From positions 1 through 55,997 of the IMG/VR virus record IMGVR_UViG_3300030330_001659: a stretch of 55,997 nucleotides of DNA; one strand, written 5' to 3'. The notes beneath the pieces were generated by a model. It was not told where the DNA came from, searched no databases, and saw only the letters and a program-made list of their open reading frames with translations. The translations under genes and the position numbers were made by a program. This document shows positions 36,979 to 43,313 of the stretch, in pieces (within the stretch, counting starts at the first letter, position 1; the number at the start of each line of letters is the position of its first letter). This DNA is from a virus (Duplodnaviria > Caudoviricetes).

Positions 36979-37006
36979 AAAAAAGAAGGCTCCCTTGAGA
37001 GCCTCC
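36979..37006 (-). terminator. Intrinsic terminator ending the earliest region
   Basis: Minus strand GGAGGCTC-TCAAGG-GAGCCTTC followed by TTTTTT, just after the stop at 37017. Confidence 0.8.
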
Positions 37007-37016
37007 TTTCCAAACC

Positions 37017-37223
37017 TCACCGATAGTGAAGGTTCCATATATATTCTTCCCATTTCCAGTGGGCATCCACCATAGCCATAGCTATAGACTGACCACCTTT
37101 CCTGGCCTCCTTATACGCGTTTACAAACCGTGGGATTTCTCCAGCACCATCTGCCTCGCATAGTAAGTAGTCGAATGTTTCCCGATCCGTCTTAGATGGG
37201 ATATCAAATTTGTAATTACTCAT
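37017..37223 (-). CDS. Early hypothetical protein, 68 aa
   Basis: MSNYKFDIP start with AAAGGAGGT RBS (the ORF track extends to 37280). Confidence 0.75.
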   Translation of the reverse strand: MSNYKFDIPSKTDRETFDYLLCEADGAGEIPRFVNAYKEARKGGQSIAMAMVDAHWKWEEYIWNLHYR

Positions 37224-37248
37224 ATCAACCTCCTTTGTAATTACGTTG

Positions 37249-37320
37249 AGAAAGAAGATAGGAGATACATTGCACTTCACTGAGAGAGGAAATTATCTCG
37301 GCAGTCTCTATCTTCTTTCT
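37249..37320 (-). other. 5' leader stem-loop
   Basis: Perfect 13-bp inverted repeat AGAAAGAAGATAG (37249-37261) / CTATCTTCTTTCT (37308-37320). Confidence 0.65.
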
Positions 37321-37327
37321 ATGAGAA

Positions 37328-37346
37328 AGCCCAGCTTGTCTGGGCT
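37328..37346 (-). promoter_or_regulatory. Hairpin element (candidate vRNAP promoter)
   Basis: + strand AGCCCAG-CTTGT-CTGGGCT, flank TTTCTATGAGAAA. Confidence 0.7.
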
Positions 37347-37359
37347 CCCTCTTGTAAAC

Positions 37360-37707
37360 CTAGCAATCCTCCTGATAGTCGTCCGGATCAAAGCTAGGAC
37401 CTGGGTTAAATACTGGATCCATTTCTGGTGGATTCATATCCCTATCCAGCCTGTTCCAGTGATCCGTAAACCAGTCGTAGTAGCACCACACCACACTCCT
37501 TAGTTTCTGTGGATCCATCTCCGGCACCAGCCTCTCGATCTTCCGAGCCACCTTAGCCTTTGACCTAACCTTACTCCGATCCAGCACGTTGTAGACCCGA
37601 CAATCGTCCGCCGCGTCCTTACCAACCATAGCCTGAAAGACCAGAGCCTTGACAATATCCGACAAGATATCGCCCTCCATTTTAACGTCCTTAATGTTTA
37701 ACCTCAT
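37360..37707 (-). CDS. Early hypothetical protein, 115 aa
   Basis: MRLNIKDVK start with AAAGGAGGT RBS; acidic C-terminus. Confidence 0.75.
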   Translation of the reverse strand: MRLNIKDVKMEGDILSDIVKALVFQAMVGKDAADDCRVYNVLDRSKVRSKAKVARKIERLVPEMDPQKLRSVVWCYYDWFTDHWNRLDRDMNPPEMDPVFNPGPSFDPDDYQEDC

Positions 37708-37749
37708 ATTAACCTCCTTTGTTTTAATGAGATCCATTGATACCAGCCA

Positions 37750-37842
37750 TCACTTAAATCCGCCTGATAGCCAGTAACAATACCATACCACGATGCCACA
37801 GCCAACCGCCATGGCACCATGTATTATTAATATCTCCACCAT
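37750..37842 (-). CDS. Small hydrophobic peptide, 30 aa
   Basis: MVEILIIHGAMAVGCGIVVWYCYWLSGGFK; AAGGAGGT RBS. Confidence 0.7.
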   Translation of the reverse strand: MVEILIIHGAMAVGCGIVVWYCYWLSGGFK

Positions 37843-37844
37843 GG

Positions 37845-37940
37845 TTACCTCCTTTCCTTGTAGTTAAACCATACGTGTAGTAGACCCATCCATATGAAAG
37901 GCCAACCAACCAGCAATACCGCTGCCACCAAGTCCCCCAT
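37845..37940 (-). CDS. Small hydrophobic peptide, 31 aa
   Basis: MGDLVAAVLLVGWPFIWMGLLHVWFNYKERR; TAATG coupling. Confidence 0.65.
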   Translation of the reverse strand: MGDLVAAVLLVGWPFIWMGLLHVWFNYKERR

Positions 37941-38014
37941 TATGATACCATAAGTAGGATAATGATAGCAGCAAATATGCAAGTCACTCCGAAGATGTCC
38001 TCACCGTTTACCAT
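37940..38014 (-). CDS. Small hydrophobic peptide, 24 aa
   Basis: MVNGEDIFGVTCIFAAIIILLMVS; AAAGGAG RBS. Confidence 0.7.
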   Translation of the reverse strand: MVNGEDIFGVTCIFAAIIILLMVS

Positions 38015-38027
38015 ATTGTACTCCTTT

Positions 38028-38396
38028 CTAAATTCCAAACCTAGCTGTCTTGGCCTTCATCTCAGCCTTAGCAGCCTTTACGTTCCTAGGCGAAACATAC
38101 CTAGCTCTCTCCACGTCAGCTCCTACCTCCTGAGCCCACGTGTCTTTAGCCATAACCTTGCATGGCCACTCCTTAAGAACCGTATCGTTCTCCAGTCCAA
38201 GAGCCACCACAAACGCCACAGCCTCCTGAGCCGTCTTACAGTCCTTAACCACAAACACCTTACTGTGTTTAAACTTCCAGTTAGCCGTACCACTTGACCA
38301 GGTACCATCGTTATTAGCCGCACCTTCGTTTAGTAGACCAGTTAACTCCACCGCATACTCGATGTTATTAACTACCGCTGATTCACATGTTTCCAT
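38028..38396 (-). CDS. First early gene, hypothetical
   Basis: 122 aa, AAGGAG RBS; first ORF of the minus arm. Confidence 0.8.
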   Translation of the reverse strand: METCESAVVNNIEYAVELTGLLNEGAANNDGTWSSGTANWKFKHSKVFVVKDCKTAQEAVAFVVALGLENDTVLKEWPCKVMAKDTWAQEVGADVERARYVSPRNVKAAKAEMKAKTARFGI

Positions 38397-38399
38397 TTT

Positions 38400-38576
38400 T
38401 ATACTCCTTTTTAAAATTGATCTCTTCCGGTCGACAATGTTGGATGTAGGAAGAGAAAGTTAATAGTTTAAGAAATTATATTTTATATATAATTTATGGA
38501 TGAAGAAAGGGGGGCGTAGAATATAAGGTGTATGTATATATATACTATTATTTTTCCTAAGTCTCTTTTAAGGAAG
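38400..38576. other. AT-rich divergence region between the two arms (likely location of the physical termini)
   Basis: Non-coding; inverted repeats TCTCTTCC/GGAAGAGA (38421-38456) and AAATTATAT/ATATAATTT; TATAAT on both strands. Confidence 0.5.
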
Positions 38577-38592
38577 TGCCTCCTATTAGAGA
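38577..38592 (+). promoter_or_regulatory. Candidate phage-RNAP promoter (linear class) heading the late arm
   Basis: TGCCTCCTATTAGAGA. Confidence 0.8.
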
Positions 38593-38695
38593 TAACAATT
38601 GGTTAAATCTTAACCAGGAGGTATAATGATTCTCTACAATGATCCCTGCGATGATGTAGGAGTGAGTGTTAGTGATTGGATAAAAAGGAATAATA

Positions 38696-38788
38696 ATGAA
38701 CAAGAAACAAACCAAACAAGACCTGATAGTGCTAGGAGTAATAGGAATAATCGTCTTGCTAGCTATTGGGGTTCATTATGGACAATAG
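38696..38788 (+). CDS. Small hydrophobic peptide, 30 aa
   Basis: MNKKQTKQDLIVLGVIGIIVLLAIGVHYGQ; AAGGA RBS. Confidence 0.55.
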   Translation: MNKKQTKQDLIVLGVIGIIVLLAIGVHYGQ

Positions 38789-40421
38789 AAGAAAACTCGA
38801 ACTTGTTAAGGAAGCAACGAAGCGAAAGCTCCTAACTGAATACAAGACAAACTTTGAACAGTTTGCAAAACAACAAATCAAAATAATTACTAAAGATGCT
38901 AGTAAAGGATTTGTGCCATTTATATTTAACGAAGCTCAGCAAAAAGTAAATGAAGCATTAGAGCAGCAGTTGAAGGAAAAAGGCAGGGTTAGAGCTTTAA
39001 TATTAAAAGCTAGACAACAAGGCATATCTACGTTCTGTACTGCACGTACAGCTTGGAAAAGCTTTTTTACCCCTAATGCCCGATCAGTAGTTATGGCTCA
39101 TGATAGTGCTACTTCTGATGCTTTGTTTGCTATGAGTAAAAACTTGTTTGACCGTATGGCAGATGAGTTTAGACCTAAGTTGCTAGCTTCAAACGCAAAG
39201 GAGATTAAATTTGAGCATAACAATGCGGGATATAGACTATATACGGCGGGTAGTCCTGAAGCAGGTCGAGGCACTACCCCTACAATCGCCCATCTTAGCG
39301 AGGTGGCCTTTTGGACTTTTGACGAAAAAATTCTTGCCGGACTTTTCCAAGGTATCTCTCAAGCTGAGGGTACCGAAGTTATATTGGAATCGACGGCCAA
39401 CGGTGCTAAAGGAGAATTTTATAGGCTTTGGAAACAAGCTGAAAGAGATTATGAGAAAGGTGGTACTGAGTATGTACCTATCTTTTTACCTTGGTATATC
39501 ACTGCTGAATATAGGAGAGAAGCTCCAGAAAGCTTTGAGCCTACTGAAGAAGAGTCTAAACTTATGGATAAACATGGACTGGACTTTGATCAGCTATATT
39601 GGAGGCGTCTCAAGATTGCTGAGTCGGGTGAAAGAAAGTTTCTGCAAGAATATCCGACGACTGCTGAAGAAGCGTTCTTAGTAAGTGGTAACAGCGTTTT
39701 TGATGCTGGTAAGCTAGCTGAACTAGAGCCAGTACCTTATTTAAAGAAGATGAAGCTTGACCTTGATTCTAAGTTTTTTGAAACTACAAATGAAGGTGAT
39801 ATAGAAATATACGATTACCCAGACCACGATATGGGTTATGTTATTGGTGCTGACGTAGCACTAGGCGTAGGTAAAGATTATTCTGCTGCTGTAGTTATAG
39901 ATGAGAATAGAAACATAGTAGCAGCTTATAGAAACAATAGAATAGACCCTAGTAAGTTTGGTGACTTCTTATTCTATCTAGGTAGGTATTATAATAATGC
40001 TTTGCTTGCTGTTGAGTCTAACTCAATGGGTATAGCAACACTACAGAAACTAGATGATATGGCATATGTAAACTTATATAGGCAAACTAAAATATCTAAT
40101 ATATCTAACCAGGAGGGCGATAGGCTAGGTTTTAGAACAACTACAGCGACTAGGAGTACAATAATAGGTAATCTTAAAAATGCACTTGAGAACGATGATG
40201 TGTATGTACCTAGTGCCGATATTATACAAGAACTAAAAGATTATATCGTAAACGATCAAGGTAAGGCAGAAGCAGCAGCCGGTTGTCATGATGATTATGT
40301 CATGTCTTTTGCTATAGCACTGGAAGTGCTGCGCTCACATTACGATCGTATAACAACCAATAAAGTTCCTTGGAATCAGAAGTTTACTGATATAGAACAA
40401 GATGACACGAGGTGGATATGA
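38778..40421 (+). CDS. terL: Terminase large subunit
   Basis: LKARQQGIS (Walker A), HLSEVAFW (Walker B), ESTANG, GADVALG and HDDYVM nuclease motifs. Confidence 0.95.
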   Translation: MDNRRKLELVKEATKRKLLTEYKTNFEQFAKQQIKIITKDASKGFVPFIFNEAQQKVNEALEQQLKEKGRVRALILKARQQGISTFCTARTAWKSFFTPNARSVVMAHDSATSDALFAMSKNLFDRMADEFRPKLLASNAKEIKFEHNNAGYRLYTAGSPEAGRGTTPTIAHLSEVAFWTFDEKILAGLFQGISQAEGTEVILESTANGAKGEFYRLWKQAERDYEKGGTEYVPIFLPWYITAEYRREAPESFEPTEEESKLMDKHGLDFDQLYWRRLKIAESGERKFLQEYPTTAEEAFLVSGNSVFDAGKLAELEPVPYLKKMKLDLDSKFFETTNEGDIEIYDYPDHDMGYVIGADVALGVGKDYSAAVVIDENRNIVAAYRNNRIDPSKFGDFLFYLGRYYNNALLAVESNSMGIATLQKLDDMAYVNLYRQTKISNISNQEGDRLGFRTTTATRSTIIGNLKNALENDDVYVPSADIIQELKDYIVNDQGKAEAAAGCHDDYVMSFAIALEVLRSHYDRITTNKVPWNQKFTDIEQDDTRWI

Positions 40422-40843
40422 TATTAGAAACAGCACTAATGTGCATGGCAGCAAACATATATCATGAGGCAAAGAATCAGTCTATGCTAGGACAGTTTGC
40501 AGTAGCACAAGTAGTAATGAATCGAGTAGAAGATAACAGATACCCTGATACAGTATGTGAAGTAGTTAAGCAAGGACTAACTTATAGAAACGGTAAAGTA
40601 GTTATAGGTAAATGCCAGTTTAGCTGGTACTGTGATGGTAAGTCTGATGAACCTAATAGAGATAGTAAAGCTTGGAGTAATGCTATAAGACACGCATCTA
40701 TAATAATGACTGAAAGTATTAACATAGATGTAACCGATGGAGCTACTCACTATCATGCAAGCTACGTTAGACCTGCATGGGCTAAGACTAAAAAGCGTAC
40801 AACCAGAATAGATAAACATATATTTTATAGATGGGAAAAATAA
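40418..40843 (+). CDS. SleB-like cell wall hydrolase (Hydrolase_2)
   Basis: NIYHEAK, VAQVVMNRV, CQFSWYCDGK, GATHYHA and HIFY motifs. Confidence 0.9.
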   Translation: MILETALMCMAANIYHEAKNQSMLGQFAVAQVVMNRVEDNRYPDTVCEVVKQGLTYRNGKVVIGKCQFSWYCDGKSDEPNRDSKAWSNAIRHASIIMTESINIDVTDGATHYHASYVRPAWAKTKKRTTRIDKHIFYRWEK

Positions 40844-41034
40844 TGATACATGGATGGATATTAATAATGATAACGTTGTTTCCAGATGGAACTATAGAAG
40901 GAGAAGGTATTAATTACTTTCATGAGTATCAACCTTGCTTTGAGCAAATGGTACAATTATCAATGACAGGTATGGGTAAAACTTATGCATGTTTAGATGA
41001 CTATATAGGAGAAGATCATACACACATAGACTAA
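40831..41034 (+). CDS. Hypothetical protein
   Basis: 67 aa, hydrophobic N-terminus, two Cys. Confidence 0.6.
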   Translation: MGKIMIHGWILIMITLFPDGTIEGEGINYFHEYQPCFEQMVQLSMTGMGKTYACLDDYIGEDHTHID

Positions 41035-41036
41035 CC

Positions 41037-41052
41037 TGTCCCCTATTAGAGA
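41037..41052 (+). promoter_or_regulatory. Candidate phage-RNAP promoter (linear class) upstream of the head module
   Basis: TGTCCCCTATTAGAGA directly after a stop codon and before an AGGAG RBS. Confidence 0.8.
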
Positions 41053-41076
41053 ATTTTATAAAGTAGGAGTTATCAC

Positions 41077-41160
41077 ATGTATAGATACTTTAAAAGACTA
41101 ATCTGTGCGATACTAAATCGTAAATGCAATGATGACTGTACTTGCACTGAAAATGTCTAG
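41077..41160 (+). CDS. Small Cys-rich peptide, 27 aa
   Basis: MYRYFKRLICAILNRKCNDDCTCTENV; AGGAG RBS. Confidence 0.6.
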   Translation: MYRYFKRLICAILNRKCNDDCTCTENV

Positions 41161-41368
41161 TAAAAAGAAGCCAGAGTCTTTTGCTGCTCAATATAAAAGA
41201 CGCGTAGTAAAGACTAAAAAGCCAGAGCATATTGCAAAAGGTTTTAAATGGCGAATAAAAGGCAAACAAAGACCTGAAGTAACTGTAAAGTTATTTAAAT
41301 CTAAACCCACTCAAGCACAGTTTAATGCACAAATACGTAGAGTAGCAGGTCATCAATTTGGAGATTAA
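41153..41368 (+). CDS. Small basic protein
   Basis: Lys/Arg-rich; ATG at 41153 (the ORF track starts at 41129). Confidence 0.7.
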   Translation: MSSKKKPESFAAQYKRRVVKTKKPEHIAKGFKWRIKGKQRPEVTVKLFKSKPTQAQFNAQIRRVAGHQFGD

Positions 41369-41370
41369 CA

Positions 41371-41610
41371 ATGGTAAATCTATCTGTAGGTAGGGGAGAA
41401 AAGTTACCTACTAAAAAAGGAGCTGGATTAACCGCAAAAGGAGTAGCAAAATATAGACGCGCTAATCCTGGATCTAAACTAAAAACCGCTGTAACCGGTA
41501 AAGTAAAGCCTGGAAGTAAAGCTGCAAAACGTAGAAAGTCTTTTTGCGCTAGATCTAAAGGTTGGACAAGCGAACGAGGTAAAGCAGCTAGAAGAAGGTG
41601 GAAGTGTTAA
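41371..41610 (+). CDS. Small basic conserved phage protein
   Basis: GLTAKG..KYR..NPGSKL...RRKSFCAR...RRWKC pattern. Confidence 0.8.
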   Translation: MVNLSVGRGEKLPTKKGAGLTAKGVAKYRRANPGSKLKTAVTGKVKPGSKAAKRRKSFCARSKGWTSERGKAARRRWKC

Positions 41611-41611
41611 C

Positions 41612-41914
41612 ATGGTAAAACTTACAAAAAAGAAATTTCCTAAAAGCAAAGGTACTGGTAAGAGTACTAAGAAAACTGGTATAGCTGCTAAAGCTGCAGA
41701 ATCAGGAATACCTGCAAGTATACTAAGCGCAGTATATAGAAGAGGTATAGGAGCTGCTAAGACTACAGGTACAAGACCTGGAGTTAAGTCACCACAACAA
41801 TGGGCTATGGCTAGAGTAAACTCATTTATCGCTAAGAAGCCGGGTACATGGGGAGGAGCTGATAAAGACTTAGCTGCTAAAGCTAGAGGTTCTAAAAAGA
41901 AGAAGAAATCATGA
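41612..41914 (+). CDS. Small basic conserved phage protein
   Basis: VYRRGIGA...RPG...QQWAMARVNSF pattern. Confidence 0.8.
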   Translation: MVKLTKKKFPKSKGTGKSTKKTGIAAKAAESGIPASILSAVYRRGIGAAKTTGTRPGVKSPQQWAMARVNSFIAKKPGTWGGADKDLAAKARGSKKKKKS

Positions 41915-42318
41915 GCAAAGTACACCCTAACTCACTAAAGAATCTGCGCCCCTTCTCTAAAGAAGGTGCGCGCGCCGGCCAAAAGAACTCTGTTATAGCG
42001 CGTAAAGCTAATAAGGAGGCGCGAGAAGCATTGAAACTTACATTAAACGACTGGAAAGCTTTAAAAGAAGAAATTAAAGATGATGCTCCTGCGGCTTTAG
42101 ATGTATTAAAAATAGCTATGACAAAAGCTTTATCTGTAGAAGATATGGACGAAGCTACACGGTTAGCAACAGTATTAGCAGAGTTTGAAGCGCCTAAACT
42201 ACAAAGACAAGATATAAATCAAGTAACTAAAACTGCTGACTTGACTGATGAAGAACTACAAGAAGCACTAGATGATATTGAAATACAATTTGGTGTAGAA
42301 CCTAAAAATCTTAACTGA
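41911..42318 (+). CDS. Putative terminase small subunit
   Basis: HPNSLKNLRP N-terminus, helical body, DLTDEEL C-terminal motif. Confidence 0.55.
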   Translation: MSKVHPNSLKNLRPFSKEGARAGQKNSVIARKANKEAREALKLTLNDWKALKEEIKDDAPAALDVLKIAMTKALSVEDMDEATRLATVLAEFEAPKLQRQDINQVTKTADLTDEELQEALDDIEIQFGVEPKNLN

Positions 42319-42328
42319 GGTAATAAAT

Positions 42329-42646
42329 GTGGAAGATACGAAATCCTTACAAAAAGGTAGCAAGTACAATGAGTATGACGAGGACGGGGATGGAGTCGTC
42401 ACAGATGAAGAATTGCGGCATGTCAAAGAAATTAAAGAAGTCGAGCATAATTTACGGAAACAGCGTGCACAAAGACGAATGGCCACTTGGACACTTATCG
42501 GAATGGGTGCGTTCACGGTGGTAATGTTTATTGTACCTTTGGATAGAGTAACTGCATTATCAGATATTAGTAACTTATTTTATATTAGTGGCGCGGGTAT
42601 AGTAGGCGCATATATGGGCACAACAGCTTATATGAGTAAGAAATAG
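42329..42646 (+). CDS. Two-TM holin-like protein with an EF-hand-like loop
   Basis: DEDGDGVVTDEE, RRMA and two TM helices; directly before the endolysin. Confidence 0.6.
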   Translation: MEDTKSLQKGSKYNEYDEDGDGVVTDEELRHVKEIKEVEHNLRKQRAQRRMATWTLIGMGAFTVVMFIVPLDRVTALSDISNLFYISGAGIVGAYMGTTAYMSKK

Positions 42647-42657
42647 AAAGGAAAGTT

Positions 42658-43131
42658 ATGGCTTTTAAATTATCACAAAAATCATTTCAGAAATTAGTTG
42701 GTGTACATCCATATTTAAATTCTGTTGTAAGAGATGCCATTGAGCTAACTAAGATAGACTTTGGTGTTATATATGGTGTAAGAACTGTAGAAGAACAAGA
42801 AAAGCTAGTAGCTGCTGGCAGATCACAAACAATGAAAAGCAAGCATTTAAAACAAGAAGACGGGTTTTGTCATGCTGTAGATTTAATGGCATATGTTGAT
42901 GGAGAACCTTGCTGGGAAATAAACGTATACGATGATATATGTGATGCAATGAAAGAAGCTGCTAAGAAAAATAATACAGCTGTTAAGTGGGGAGCTGCCT
43001 GGTCTGAAGGTGATATTAGAGATTACCCAGGCACTGCTGAAGAAGCTATGAATAAATACGTTGATTTAAGGAGATCACAAGGTAGACGGCCATTTATCGA
43101 TGGTCCTCACTTTGAATTAATGTTTAATTGA
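42658..43131 (+). CDS. Endolysin, peptidase M15 (L-Ala-D-Glu) family
   Basis: GVRT..EQ, SKHL, HAVDL, WG..W and DGPHFEL motifs. Confidence 0.9.
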   Translation: MAFKLSQKSFQKLVGVHPYLNSVVRDAIELTKIDFGVIYGVRTVEEQEKLVAAGRSQTMKSKHLKQEDGFCHAVDLMAYVDGEPCWEINVYDDICDAMKEAAKKNNTAVKWGAAWSEGDIRDYPGTAEEAMNKYVDLRRSQGRRPFIDGPHFELMFN

Positions 43132-43154
43132 TTGAATGAACCCGGGAGCGGATC

Positions 43155-43313
43155 ATGACTAGATATATACAAGATGCTGTAATTCAGCAACAGAAAAAAG
43201 AAAAGACGACTAAAGAGGTATTAGACAAGCCTCTTCCTAAACCTAAAGAATATACAGCTGTTGAACTAGAAAAGGCAGCAAGAACTTATTTAAAAATAGG
43301 AGGTAAGTATTAA
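43155..43313 (+). CDS. Small hypothetical protein, 52 aa
   Basis: Hand-translated MTRYIQDAVIQQQK...; GGAG RBS; TAATG coupling to the portal gene. Confidence 0.6.
   Translation: MTRYIQDAVIQQQKKEKTTKEVLDKPLPKPKEYTAVELEKAARTYLKIGGKY

Noticed and set aside
36826-37053. ORF-track 75-aa ORF and the upstream extension of 36572-36790
   Set aside because: They run through a terminator and promoter motifs and lack an RBS; the region is better read as regulatory.
35761-37346. Repeated hairpins as a CRISPR array or as intrinsic terminators
   Set aside because: Spacing is irregular with genes in between, stems vary, there are no cas genes, most lack a U-tract, and they track with gene starts.
38626-38835. 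69-aa ORF at the start of the late arm
   Set aside because: It has a good AGGAGG RBS and may be real, but it overlaps both a TM peptide ORF and terL; left uncalled.
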